A program made the translations under genes and the position numbers. This document shows positions 35,492-45,018 of a stretch of DNA of 64,000 nucleotides, one piece after another. The DNA is taken from positions 8,434-72,433 of IMG/VR virus record IMGVR_UViG_3300045747_000653; one strand, 5' to 3'. The stretch comes from a virus. Within the stretch, counting starts at the first letter, position 1, and the number at the start of each line of letters is the position of its first letter. The notes under the pieces were generated by a model. That model was not told the origin of the DNA. It made no database searches and saw only the letters and a program-made list of their open reading frames with translations.

Positions 35492-36436
35492 TCACTCGAG
35501 CAGCTCGGGTCTCGCCTCGGTGTTCGGCTGAACTGAAAAGTGCTCGTCGGTCTCGTTGTCGGCTGCCTCTATGGCGAGGACTGCCTTCTGGACGAGACCA
35601 GCGACACGATCGTCCTCCGAACAGGCATCCGATACCAAACGCGGCCACCAGTGCTCCAGGGAGATCACGGCCAACTCCAGGCAGGCAGCGACAGCTCGAA
35701 CCTCTGCCGCCTGGCAGCCTAGCGCGCCGCCTCCCTTGCGACCAAGGTACCGGTTCCCGCGCTTCTGTTCGAGCCGCGCCCAACCTGCGATGGCCGAATA
35801 GACTTCGAGCTCCTCGTTGCTCACTGCGCCGCCCAGGGAGCGGCGTTCGCGAGCCAGCGCTGCGCGTTCTACGTTGGAGGCCTGGGCCCAATCTCGCCAA
35901 GCGCAGACGAACGAAGACATCGCGACTCGTCGCTGACGCATAGCAAGTTTGGCATCCTCTTTTCGGTCAGCCTCGGGTCGCTCAGACTCAAGCCTGACAA
36001 AGAACGGATAGGCAAAGGAACGTACGGTGGCCGCCACAACCTCCTTCGTCGTGAGAAAGAGACCAGGGTCGGTCACGACAACTTCGCCAAGTGACTCAAC
36101 AGAACCGACCTTGCGAAACCACACCCTGTAGAGCTTTTGTGGCGGGCCCCTGATGGACTGCCTGGCGAATGTCCCTCGAGGTGGGTCCTGTTCTTCAGGC
36201 TCCACCGCCACGCCGGCAGGCTCAACCGTAAACACGCCTTTTGCTGCCGTCTTGGCCACAAGAGTGTCGACGCAAGCCGGATCGCACTCGGCGGGGGCGT
36301 TGACGACGGGTGGAGCCAGATAGCGAGGACCAGGCCGAGCCAAACCTTGTACGATGGCAGACTCGACCTTGATGCCAAGCCCAACGACAGGTACCGGGGC
36401 GACGGTTGCCGCGACTAAGAGAAGAGTTCCAAGCAC
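35492..36436 (-). CDS. Exported hypothetical protein
   Basis: N-terminal hydrophobic signal-like MLGTLLLVAATVA; composition looks less GC-rich than the core genes. Confidence 0.55.
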   Translation of the reverse strand: MLGTLLLVAATVAPVPVVGLGIKVESAIVQGLARPGPRYLAPPVVNAPAECDPACVDTLVAKTAAKGVFTVEPAGVAVEPEEQDPPRGTFARQSIRGPPQKLYRVWFRKVGSVESLGEVVVTDPGLFLTTKEVVAATVRSFAYPFFVRLESERPEADRKEDAKLAMRQRRVAMSSFVCAWRDWAQASNVERAALARERRSLGGAVSNEELEVYSAIAGWARLEQKRGNRYLGRKGGGALGCQAAEVRAVAACLELAVISLEHWWPRLVSDACSEDDRVAGLVQKAVLAIEAADNETDEHFSVQPNTEARPELLE

Positions 36437-36501
36437 GGTCGAATCCTCCTGGCGCAGTTGCCAAAGATCACGAACTGCCAGAGCTTGCTCTGCATGGTGG
36501 C

Positions 36502-36849
36502 CTACGGTCTGTTGCCGACGCGACCGGCGAACTGGTCCATCTGGGCCACCATCACGGCGGTGAAGGGGATGAGCCCGAGAGCGATGGCTGCAGCGATGGC
36601 ACGCAAGATCCTGCCACCGGCGGGCTTCCCGCTCATCTCCGAGAAGTCACGCAGCGCGTCGGTCGCGCCCCGGTAGATCATGTAGACAGCGATCAAGTAC
36701 GCAACCCACTGGATCATTCCGATCATTTTCCACCCCTGTCCCCGGAGGCCGCTCAAGTGCGCCGCGGTCGCAATCATTTCTGGTGCTTGGAAGAGCTCAA
36801 CGAACATCTCCATCGTGAACGACAGGAGAGATCGAGCAACGACACCCAA
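36502..36849 (-). CDS. Small two-TM membrane protein (true start probably downstream of 36849)
   Basis: Two hydrophobic segments: MIGMIQWVAYLIAVYMIY and IAAAIALGLIPFTAVMVA. Confidence 0.45.
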   Translation of the reverse strand: MGVVARSLLSFTMEMFVELFQAPEMIATAAHLSGLRGQGWKMIGMIQWVAYLIAVYMIYRGATDALRDFSEMSGKPAGGRILRAIAAAIALGLIPFTAVMVAQMDQFAGRVGNRP

Positions 36850-37891
36850 ACTCCGATGTGCACTTATGGTAGGGCAATTCTGGGGCGCTGCCGACAGAGA
36901 ACCTGCGCCCCATCAGTCGCCGGCACGACTCGCAGGCCCGCTCTCCGTCAACCATGACCTCGACATAGCGGTAGTCTCGGCGAATCCAGCCGAGCCGCTG
37001 AACGTGCCTCCCGAATTGGGAGAACATCCTCACCGCCACATCGTTGTCGAATCCTGTGCTGTTCTTGAATCCAGGCGGAAGCCACGACGAGGCATCTGGC
37101 GTTCCCGAAAGAAGCTGCATCCCTCCTGCGACTCGCAGCTCCTCTGTCTCGGCCGGCGTCGCTGACCCGAGGATCTTCGGCGCGCCGGCGAAAATCGCCT
37201 CGAGCGCCGGCCGCACCCCGGCCGGGTCGTCGCTGGCCGACCAGTCGATCCCCATCCCTCGCTGGAAGATCTGCCCCGCCTCGAACGCCACCCAGGTCCG
37301 AGTAGCCTCTTCGAGGCGCCGATGCCGTAGGTGGTCCAGGGTCTCGGCCTCTGCGCGCGACCTCCGCTGCGCCTCGACGTCAAGGAAAGCCGTCGCGAGA
37401 GCCCGACCTTCGACGGACAGAACCACGACCTGGCCGTCGGCCGCGATGCGGCGCATCTCGTCGGGTGCAGCCTCCATCAATCTCTGAACGAGCACAGGCT
37501 TCGTGCCCGAGACCTTGAGGCCGCGGTTTTTCGCCATTGCCTTGAGCGCAGCCTGGGAGTGAAGGATCAGGAGCGCATCCTCCGTGGATGCGAGAGCAAG
37601 GAGGCCATCGGCGAGGAGGGCGCCGATCGCCGACGGCATCGTCTCGCCCAGAAGATCGGTCCAGTACGGCGCATTCGGCTCGGCGGCCGGCCTCGGCTTG
37701 CGGAACTTCGAGAGCAGCAAGAGGTGATGTCTCGACGATCGACGATCGGCGATGGGTGTCGCCAGCCTCACAGGTGGCAGTGGATCGACGCCCCGTGCCC
37801 GCTCCAACGCCGGCTCCGGCGCGGCTGAAGGCGGCGGCGACGCTGCTCGCCTGGGCTGCAGCCACGAGACGAGCTTGTCGACGATCCCCAT
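36797..37891 (-). CDS. SAP-domain protein with C-terminal Cys cluster
   Basis: AALKAMAKNRGLKVSGTKPVLVQRL SAP motif; CESC...PELPYHKC...GCRC. Confidence 0.75.
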   Translation of the reverse strand: MGIVDKLVSWLQPRRAASPPPSAAPEPALERARGVDPLPPVRLATPIADRRSSRHHLLLLSKFRKPRPAAEPNAPYWTDLLGETMPSAIGALLADGLLALASTEDALLILHSQAALKAMAKNRGLKVSGTKPVLVQRLMEAAPDEMRRIAADGQVVVLSVEGRALATAFLDVEAQRRSRAEAETLDHLRHRRLEEATRTWVAFEAGQIFQRGMGIDWSASDDPAGVRPALEAIFAGAPKILGSATPAETEELRVAGGMQLLSGTPDASSWLPPGFKNSTGFDNDVAVRMFSQFGRHVQRLGWIRRDYRYVEVMVDGERACESCRRLMGRRFSVGSAPELPYHKCTSEFGCRCSISPVVHDGDVR

Positions 37892-37950
37892 TCCGCCTCC
37901 CCTATGGCCACCCTCGCCGACCCCGCGAAAAAGATCAAACGGAATAGCGA

Positions 37951-38003
37951 CGTACCGAAATCAGCACAATCGACTTGACGGATTGTCTCGTATTCGGTAC
38001 AAC
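37951..38003 (+). promoter_or_regulatory. PL-like promoter TTGACG-N17-TACAAC with two 18-bp operators (37951-37968, 37984-38001)
   Basis: Each site matches the 33242-33259 operator at 15/18 positions; lies upstream of the early operon. Confidence 0.75.
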
Positions 38004-38043
38004 CTCCTTCGCCTCGCCATTCCACCGAGGCACGGAGGGTCCG

Positions 38044-38238
38044 ATGACCAAGACGACGATGCGGGACCTGGACGGCGCGCTGCTCGGGCGCCTCTTGGCC
38101 CAGGCGATCAGCGGCAATGCCTACATCCCGACGCTCTCTCATCCCGCGCAGCAGGCTCTCGCGAACGCCTACGACGCGGCCTGCGCCGAACTCGGCCTCT
38201 CCCATCGCGCCTGGCGCGGTTCGCGGAGGGCGGCGTGA
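38044..38238 (+). CDS. First early gene, hypothetical (64 aa)
   Basis: RBS GGAGGG before ATG 38044. Confidence 0.55.
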   Translation: MTKTTMRDLDGALLGRLLAQAISGNAYIPTLSHPAQQALANAYDAACAELGLSHRAWRGSRRAA

Positions 38239-38459
38239 GCCCCGCGGCGACGCGGACCTGGCTGCGGTTCCAGGCCAGGAGCGAAATGGACGCGGCGAAG
38301 CACGCGGAGACGACGGAGCTGCGCGCGGAGCACCGCGCGATGGCGCGCGACTTCGCGCGGGCTGCCCGGCGGCTCGAGGTCCTGGACGGCGGCCGGTGGA
38401 CGGCAGCGCCGGCCGGGCCGTACGCGGGCAACGAGACGCAGCTCACGGTGGTGCCGTGA
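38235..38459 (+). CDS. Hypothetical protein
   Basis: GTGA coupling. Confidence 0.5.
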   Translation: MSPAATRTWLRFQARSEMDAAKHAETTELRAEHRAMARDFARAARRLEVLDGGRWTAAPAGPYAGNETQLTVVP

Positions 38460-38611
38460 TGGACGCCAAGACCCGGTCGTGGCTCGAGGAGCGCCGCGAA
38501 CTGGAGGCGATGCTCGACCACGAGAGGCTGTCCAGCGCGAAGCGTCTCTCCCGGCTCATCGCCGCGCTCATCGAGTGCGACAAGCGGCACGCGGCGGGGG
38601 CGCGGTCATGA
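38459..38611 (+). CDS. Hypothetical protein
   Basis: TGATG coupling. Confidence 0.45.
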   Translation: MDAKTRSWLEERRELEAMLDHERLSSAKRLSRLIAALIECDKRHAAGARS

Positions 38612-38940
38612 GCGGCATCTTCGGAGGCAGCGCGGAGGATCGCTTCTTCGAGAAGCAGCTCGACCGGCACACCGACGGACCCGAGGTCGACGAGGACACG
38701 GTCGCCGACTTCGCCGCGGCGCGGGTTGATGCGGCACTGGCCGACGGCGCCCCGTTGGCCCGGGTCGGGACGGAGCAGCGCCGGGAGCAGCTCCTCGCTC
38801 TCGCTGAGGAGGTGTCCGCCATCTGGACCGCCTACGAGGCGGGCGACCTCGACGCCGAGGCGATGGAGGAGGCCAAGGCGAGCGCCGACGAGGCTGCCGC
38901 CTGCGACGCCGAGGACCTCGCTGACGGGGTGGCCCCATGA
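38608..38940 (+). CDS. Acidic hypothetical protein
   Basis: ATGA coupling; Asp/Glu-rich. Confidence 0.5.
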   Translation: MSGIFGGSAEDRFFEKQLDRHTDGPEVDEDTVADFAAARVDAALADGAPLARVGTEQRREQLLALAEEVSAIWTAYEAGDLDAEAMEEAKASADEAAACDAEDLADGVAP

Positions 38941-40310
38941 AGATCATCAAGCTCGAGGCGGAGTCCTTCAAGCGCCTGCGCGCCGTCAGCATCACCCCCG
39001 ACGGCGCCGTCGTGCGCATCCAGGGGCAGAACGGCGCCGGGAAGACCTCGGTGCTCGACGCGATCGCCGCGGCCATCGGCGGGGAGAAGCTCTGCCCCGC
39101 GCAGCCCATCCGGAGCGGCGCCGACAAGGCTCGCGCCACGGTCGAGCTCGACAACGGCCTGGTCGTCGAGCGCCGCTGGACCGCGAGCGGCTCGACCCTG
39201 ACGGTGAAGACCCGCGAGGGGGCGGCGCTGCGCAGCCCGCAGAAGGTGCTCGACGCCCTCGTCGGCCGGCTGAGCTTCGACCCGCTGGCCTTCATGCGGC
39301 TCGCGCCACGCGAGCAGGCGGAGACGCTGCGCCGCATGGCCGGCGTCGATGTCGCGCCACTCGACCTGCGCCGCAAGGCCGCCTATGACGCCCGCACGGC
39401 GGCGAACCGGCAGGTCGAGCAACTCCGGGCCCGCCTGGTCGCGACGCCGCCCCTCGAGGCTCCGGACGCCCCGGTGAGCACCGCCGAGCTGCTCGCGGAG
39501 CAGCAGCGCCGATCCGACGTGCACGCCGCGAACGAGCGGCGCCGGCTCGAGTTGGGCCGGGTGCGGGACCTCTTCGTGCGGGCTGCGGCCGACGTGGCGA
39601 GCCACGTGGCCCGCATCGCAGATCTCGAGGCGGCCCTGACGAAGGCGCGCGCCGACCACGCCGCCGCCGTCCGGCAGCAGGAGGAGTTGCGCACGAAGGG
39701 CGAGGCGCTAAAGGCCGAGGTCGCCGCCCTCAAGGACCCGGACCTCGCCGAGGTGCTGGGGCAGCTCAAGTCGGTCGAGGCCACCAACGACCGCGTGCGG
39801 GCGAAGAAGGCGCGGGCTCAGCTCTCGGTCGAGTTGAGCGCGGCCGACGCGGAGGCCCGCAGGCTCGACGAGGAGATCGGCTCCATCGACGCGGCGAAGG
39901 TGGCCGCGCTCGCTGCGGCAAAGCTTCCGATCGCTGGTCTCGGCTTCACCGACGCGGGCGTGACGATGAACGCTCTGCCGCTCGAGCAGGCGTCCGGCGC
40001 CGAGCAGCTCCGGGTCTCGCTAGCGATGGGCCTCGCGCTCAACCCGGAGCTGAAGGTGATGCTCATCCGGGACGGATCGCTCCTCGACGCGAAGTCGCTC
40101 GCGATGGTCGGCGAGATGGCGACGGCTGCCGGGGCGCAGGTCTGGATTGAGATGGTCTCCGGCGGCGGAGAGAGCGGCATCCTGATCGAGGACGGGGAGG
40201 TGGCAGGCGCAGCGAAGGCGACCGCGCCCGCGGCGTCGCCCGCTGCCCCCACCGTCCCCGCGGCGCCGACCCCCGCGGTCTCCATCCACACCATCCAGGC
40301 GCCATTCTGA
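38937..40310 (+). CDS. SMC/Rad50-like AAA ATPase with coiled coil
   Basis: IQGQNGAGKTSVLDAI Walker A, ASGAEQL signature, MLIRDGSLLD Walker B variant. Confidence 0.88.
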   Translation: MKIIKLEAESFKRLRAVSITPDGAVVRIQGQNGAGKTSVLDAIAAAIGGEKLCPAQPIRSGADKARATVELDNGLVVERRWTASGSTLTVKTREGAALRSPQKVLDALVGRLSFDPLAFMRLAPREQAETLRRMAGVDVAPLDLRRKAAYDARTAANRQVEQLRARLVATPPLEAPDAPVSTAELLAEQQRRSDVHAANERRRLELGRVRDLFVRAAADVASHVARIADLEAALTKARADHAAAVRQQEELRTKGEALKAEVAALKDPDLAEVLGQLKSVEATNDRVRAKKARAQLSVELSAADAEARRLDEEIGSIDAAKVAALAAAKLPIAGLGFTDAGVTMNALPLEQASGAEQLRVSLAMGLALNPELKVMLIRDGSLLDAKSLAMVGEMATAAGAQVWIEMVSGGGESGILIEDGEVAGAAKATAPAASPAAPTVPAAPTPAVSIHTIQAPF

Positions 40311-40672
40311 TGCGCGACCCCTACGGGATGTCCGCCGCGATGCGGCGCCAGTGGACGTCGAGCGTGCGGCGCAAGAAGCAGCCGGCCAGCCCCGGCCCGT
40401 CCGACCCGATGCCGGCGCCGGTGGCGAAGTCGAGCCCGCGGCCGCGCCTCGTGCTTGTGCCCCAGGTCTCGAAGCTGCCCGGCTCCGAAGCCCGGACCGC
40501 GGCGCGGATCGCCGCCGTTCCCACGGTCGAGACGCACCTTGAGCGAGCGAACCGGCTCGAGGCCTGCGTCGCCCTCCTCGAGCGCTCTCTCGACGCCCGG
40601 CAGGACCGGGTGGAGCAGCTCGAATCCTTCATCACCGACCTCCAACTCCCCTTGCCAGGAGCACCACGATGA
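40310..40672 (+). CDS. Hypothetical protein
   Basis: Coupled ORF with C-terminal coiled coil. Confidence 0.5.
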   Translation: MRDPYGMSAAMRRQWTSSVRRKKQPASPGPSDPMPAPVAKSSPRPRLVLVPQVSKLPGSEARTAARIAAVPTVETHLERANRLEACVALLERSLDARQDRVEQLESFITDLQLPLPGAPR

Positions 40673-41343
40673 CCCGCTCGGAAAGCATCAAGGAACTCGC
40701 CGCTGCCCTCGCTGCCGCCCAGGCCCAGATCGAGGGCGCGAGCAAGGACAAGATCAACCCCGCCTTCAAGTCCCGCTACGCCGACCTCGCTTCGGTCTGG
40801 GAGGCCTGCCGGATCCCGCTCAGCAAGAACGGCCTCGCGGTCGTGCAGTTGCCGAGCGCGGACGGGCAGAAGGTGGTCGTGACCACGCTGCTCGCCCACC
40901 GGAGCGGTGAGTGGATCTCGGACGAGCTGACGATCACGGCGACGGGCTCGACGCCGCAGGCGATCGGGTCGGCGATCACCTACGCGCGCCGCTACGCGCT
41001 CTCTGCGATGGTGGGGGTGGCGCCGGACGACGACTCGGACGGGAGATCGCAGCAGTACGTGCGGACCGAGCCGCCGCCGGAGCCGACGTACATGCGCCAG
41101 GCGCCGCCCCCGCCTTCGCAGCCCGCGCCCGCGCAGTCCGCACCGACCGCTCCTCCCTCGGCGCCGGCTGGCGACGGCGAGGCGATGGCGATCGCGCGCC
41201 TGCTGCGCGACGCGAAGACGCCGGCCGAGCTCGACGTCCACCTCCCGAGGATCAAGGCGCTGCCGGAGGCCGAGCGCGACGACCTGCGCCCGCTCTACCT
41301 CGCCCGCATGAAGGAGATGTCGGAGGCGCCCCGTGCGGCCTGA
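40669..41343 (+). CDS. erf: ERF-family single-strand annealing protein
   Basis: NPAFKSRYADLASV and GSAITYARRYAL signatures. Confidence 0.92.
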   Translation: MTRSESIKELAAALAAAQAQIEGASKDKINPAFKSRYADLASVWEACRIPLSKNGLAVVQLPSADGQKVVVTTLLAHRSGEWISDELTITATGSTPQAIGSAITYARRYALSAMVGVAPDDDSDGRSQQYVRTEPPPEPTYMRQAPPPPSQPAPAQSAPTAPPSAPAGDGEAMAIARLLRDAKTPAELDVHLPRIKALPEAERDDLRPLYLARMKEMSEAPRAA

Positions 41344-42643
41344 GACGACGCCAGTGCAGCCTGACCCGACGCCGACGGCCAGCGCGCGCCACGTGCAGCC
41401 TGACCCGACTCCGAACGCAGCCGTGCAGCCTGAGACCCCGCTCCGCGACCTCGTGTCGATGTCCAAGCTCCAGCGGGTGGCCATCTGCGCGCCGTCGGCC
41501 GTGTTGCCGCAGGACGGCTCCGAGAACTCCGCCCGCGAGCGCGGCAACGCCGTCCACGACTTCCTCCACCGGGTCGGCAGCGGGGCGGACCGCGACACGG
41601 CGCTGGAGCAGGTGCCCGAGGAGCACCACGACGCCTGCGCGGCCATCGACCTTGCGAGGCTCCCGATCCTCACCGGCCTCGCGGCCGAAGTCGCGTTCGC
41701 CTACGACGTCGAGACGGGTCACTCCCGCGAGCTCGGCCGAGGCCTCGAGCGGAACTACTCCGGCGTGAGGGCGACCGAGCTGCCCGGCACGGCCGATCTG
41801 GTCGGCCTGATCCCAGACGGCCAGGGGCTGTTCCTCGGGGACTGGAAGACGGGCAGGGTGGCCGTCTCCAGCGCGCTCAAGAGCTGGCAGTTGCGCGCGC
41901 TCGCCCTCGCGGCCTGCCGCGCCTACGGGCGCAGCTACGCGATCGTCGCGCTCATCACGCTGCACGGCGACGTCGTGAAGTACGACCAGGCGCGCCTCGA
42001 CCTCTTCGACCTCGCTTCCAGTGCCGCGGAACTACGGGCCATCGTCGAGAGGGTGCGCAAGGCGAAGGCGCGGGCTGCTGCTGGCGAGCGGCCAGAGGTC
42101 GTCTCCGGGGCCCACTGCCGCTACTGCCCGGCGTTCGCCCACTGCCCGGCGCAGGTCGCGCTCGTGCGGCAGCTCGCGATCGAGCCGGTGAGCATCGAGC
42201 GCGAGGTGATGACCCTGCTCACCCCCGAGACCGCGACGCGCGCCTGGGGGCGGCTCAAGCAGGTGGAGGCCATCGTCAAGCGGGTGCGCGAGACGCTCTA
42301 CGGCTGGGCCGAGGAGCACCCGATCGACTGCGGGAACGGGATGGTGTTCGGACCGGTCGAGGCGAAGAAGCGGGAGCTCAGCGGCCAGATCGCCCGCAAG
42401 GTCCTGCTCGAGCGGCACGGCGCCGAGGTGGCTGACGCGGCGTGCACGTTCGAGACGTCGCAGGCCGCGATCGAGCGGGCGCTCAAGCCCGTCGCTCCGA
42501 ATGGCGGCCTCGCGAAGCTCAAGCGCGAGACCATCGCCGAGATCGAGATGGCCGGCGGCTTGACGGTGAAGCGCGTCACCCGGATGGAGGAGCACCTCCC
42601 CACCCCAGCGGCCGGCGATGCCGGCGAGGAGAAGGCAGCGTGA
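41333..42643 (+). CDS. PD-(D/E)xK exonuclease (DUF2800/Cas4-like)
   Basis: RGNAVH, GTADLV, DWKTG, QLRALAL and [12 protein letters not shown]. Confidence 0.85.
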   Translation: MRPETTPVQPDPTPTASARHVQPDPTPNAAVQPETPLRDLVSMSKLQRVAICAPSAVLPQDGSENSARERGNAVHDFLHRVGSGADRDTALEQVPEEHHDACAAIDLARLPILTGLAAEVAFAYDVETGHSRELGRGLERNYSGVRATELPGTADLVGLIPDGQGLFLGDWKTGRVAVSSALKSWQLRALALAACRAYGRSYAIVALITLHGDVVKYDQARLDLFDLASSAAELRAIVERVRKAKARAAAGERPEVVSGAHCRYCPAFAHCPAQVALVRQLAIEPVSIEREVMTLLTPETATRAWGRLKQVEAIVKRVRETLYGWAEEHPIDCGNGMVFGPVEAKKRELSGQIARKVLLERHGAEVADAACTFETSQAAIERALKPVAPNGGLAKLKRETIAEIEMAGGLTVKRVTRMEEHLPTPAAGDAGEEKAA

Positions 42644-43170
42644 GCGGCGTGAACAAGGTCATTTTGGTGGGGAATCTTGGCAAGGACCCAGAGGTCCGCG
42701 CCGTGCCGGGCGGCCAGTCGGTCTGCAACTTCAGCATCGCGACCAACGAGAGCTGGATCGACAAGTCCGGCCAGAAGCAGGACCGCACGGAGTGGCACCG
42801 GATCGTGGTCTGGGGCAAGGCGGCGGAGGCGTGCGGAGAGCACCTCGCTAAGGGCCGGCAGGTCTACATCGAGGGCCGGCTGACGACCCGCGAGTGGACG
42901 AACAAGGAAGGCCAGAAGCAGTACACGACCGAGATCGTCGCGAACCCGGTCGGCGGGGTGGTGTTCCTGTCGGGCGGCGAGCGGCCCCCGCGTGAGGAGC
43001 AGTTCACGGGGCCATCGGGCAGGGAGCGGGCTCCTCGTGAGGAGCAGTTCACGGGGCAGCCGCAGCGGCCCGCCTCCGCTCCGCATCAGCCCCGTCCCGA
43101 AGTGAACAACGCCGACATCCCGTTCGCCTGGATCGGCCTGGCCCTGACCGCAGCCTCGCTGCTGGCTTAA
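42640..43170 (+). CDS. ssb: Single-stranded DNA-binding protein with a hydrophobic extension after DIPF
   Basis: [17 protein letters not shown]...[10 protein letters not shown]. Confidence 0.95.
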   Translation: MSGVNKVILVGNLGKDPEVRAVPGGQSVCNFSIATNESWIDKSGQKQDRTEWHRIVVWGKAAEACGEHLAKGRQVYIEGRLTTREWTNKEGQKQYTTEIVANPVGGVVFLSGGERPPREEQFTGPSGRERAPREEQFTGQPQRPASAPHQPRPEVNNADIPFAWIGLALTAASLLA

Positions 43171-43296
43171 CGCCGCATGAACTTCGCAGCGCTCCGGCCC
43201 GTCACCCTCCAGGGCCGGTAGCGACGGAACGGCCCGCCACCGGCGATGGCGCCGAGCCCCGGCGGGAGTACCGGGGCACCTCAAGGATTCCAAACC

Positions 43297-43695
43297 ATGG
43301 AGCAGCGAATGAGCGAACTGAAGATGGAGGGGCCGCGGCCGTTCGCGGACTTCCTCCGGGCGATCGAAGGCGGCGAGCTGATCGAGGACCTGGCCGACCA
43401 GCTGCGCGAGCTGCAGGCCGCGCTCTCGGAGCGCTCGGCGACCCACGACAAGGCGAAGGGCAAGCTCGTCCTCACCATCAACTTCACCCACGAGAAGGGC
43501 CTCGTGATGGTGAGCGCCGACGTCGCGACCAAGCAGCCCAAGGTCGTCCGCGGCTCGACGGCGATGTGGCTCTCGCCCGGCAACAACCTGGTCGGCAGCG
43601 ACCCGCGACAGCTCGAGCTCAAGCCGCGCGCCGTCCCGGCCACCTCCGACGCTCCGCGCGAGCTCAAGTCGGCGGCCGCGGCGCGGGAGGCGTGA
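43297..43695 (+). CDS. DUF2303-associated small protein (YfdP-like)
   Basis: FADFLRAIEGG...KGKLVLTINF...GNNLVGSDPRQ pattern, upstream of DUF2303. Confidence 0.65.
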   Translation: MEQRMSELKMEGPRPFADFLRAIEGGELIEDLADQLRELQAALSERSATHDKAKGKLVLTINFTHEKGLVMVSADVATKQPKVVRGSTAMWLSPGNNLVGSDPRQLELKPRAVPATSDAPRELKSAAAAREA

Positions 43696-44003
43696 TGCAC
43701 GACGCGACTCCGCCCGCCGGGCCGACTCCGCCCGCCGAGCCGACTGCGCCTGCCGAGCCGACTGCGCCTGCCGGGCCGACTGCGCCTGCCGGGCCGACGC
43801 CGCCCGCCGAGCCGACTGCGCCCGCTCACGCGCCGGCGCGCTCCGGCGGCCACCTGACTGACGAGCAGCGCGCCCGGCAGGCGCTCCGGCCGGTGGGCCG
43901 CGTGATCGTGGCGGCTCCTCCCCAGAACCGACACGACCGGCGCCGGATCGCCGCAGCGATGCGCCGGAAGAAGAAGACCAACCCGCAGACCAAGGAGGCA
44001 TGA
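43695..44003 (+). CDS. Pro/Thr/Ala repeat protein with basic C-terminus
   Basis: TGATG coupling; PT(A/P)PA(E/G) repeats. Confidence 0.5.
   Translation: MHDATPPAGPTPPAEPTAPAEPTAPAGPTAPAGPTPPAEPTAPAHAPARSGGHLTDEQRARQALRPVGRVIVAAPPQNRHDRRRIAAAMRRKKKTNPQTKEA
43704..43829 (+). repeat. 18-bp coding tandem repeat, about 7 copies
   Basis: CCGACTGCGCCTGCCG(A/G)G units read directly. Confidence 0.9.
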
Positions 44004-44923
44004 CGATGGAGAACGACGAGACGGAGGAGAGCAGCATCACGGGGACGGGCGGCGCCGTCGAGGCGATCGCCCGGTTGGCCACGGCCGGCTCGGTGAGCGT
44101 GGTCGCGCTGACGGACGAGATCTCGGTGCTCGCGGCCGCCGTCGGAGGAGGCAAGACCCAGGTCCGGACGATTAAGCCGTTCCTCGACGAGTACCGGACG
44201 GCGCCGGAGCGCAGAAAGGGCGTCGCGACGCTCGACGACATCGATTCGCTCATCGCCTGGACGAACCGGCACAAGGACGACGGGTCGGCCGTCTTCGCCC
44301 GCCGCCGCCCGGCGCCGTCGATGACCGTCGTCGTCGACTACCACCAGAAGACGCACGAGCCGCGCTTCTGCGAGCATCGAGCCATCTACGAATTCCCCGT
44401 CGCGCCGGAGTGGCGGGCGTGGATGGAGCGCAACGGCAAGTCGATGTCGCAGGAGGACTTCGCCCGGTGGATCGAGGATCACATCCTCGACCTGCTCGAC
44501 CCGGTGAACGCAGGCGACTCCGTCAAGGCGTTCGCGCAGAAGCTCGGCGTCGAGCTCGCGACTCCGAGCCGGCTGATGGAGCTGTCCCGCGGGCTCTCGG
44601 TCACGTCGGGCCAGAAGATGACCCGGGCCGTGAACCTCTCCTCAGGCGAAGCCGAGTTCCAGTTCGTCGAGGAGCACAAGGACGCTGCCGGCGCGCCGCT
44701 GCGCATCCCGGGCGCCTTCGTGATCGCGGTCCCCGTCTTCGACAAGGGCGACCGGTTCCAACTCGGCGTCCGCCTCCGCTACCGCGTCAGCCAGGGGACC
44801 GTCGCCTGGTTCTTCGAGGTCTACCGGGCCGCCGAGACCGCAGACCTCGCCTTCGAGGAGGCCGTTGCCGAGGTCGAGGGTGACACCGGCCTGCCGGTCT
44901 TCCTCGGGAAGCCGGAGCAGTAG
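44000..44923 (+). CDS. DUF2303 family protein (YfdQ-like)
   Basis: TLDDIDSL..W.NRH, VVDYH...HRA, MSQEDFARWIED, VPVF..G, RLRYR. Confidence 0.8.
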   Translation: MTMENDETEESSITGTGGAVEAIARLATAGSVSVVALTDEISVLAAAVGGGKTQVRTIKPFLDEYRTAPERRKGVATLDDIDSLIAWTNRHKDDGSAVFARRRPAPSMTVVVDYHQKTHEPRFCEHRAIYEFPVAPEWRAWMERNGKSMSQEDFARWIEDHILDLLDPVNAGDSVKAFAQKLGVELATPSRLMELSRGLSVTSGQKMTRAVNLSSGEAEFQFVEEHKDAAGAPLRIPGAFVIAVPVFDKGDRFQLGVRLRYRVSQGTVAWFFEVYRAAETADLAFEEAVAEVEGDTGLPVFLGKPEQ

Positions 44924-45018
44924 CCGATGCCGAGTGGTCGGCGACGGCAGTGCGCCGAGGCAGACCGACACCGTGGCCCCGGGCGGACGGGGCACCACCC
45001 ACCCACAAGGAGAGAGCA

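Noticed and set aside
41333-43829. CRISPR-Cas locus (Cas4-like nuclease plus nearby repeats)
   Set aside because: The repeats are adjacent coding tandem units without unique spacers; the nuclease sits in an ERF/SSB recombination module; no cas1, cas2 or effector genes
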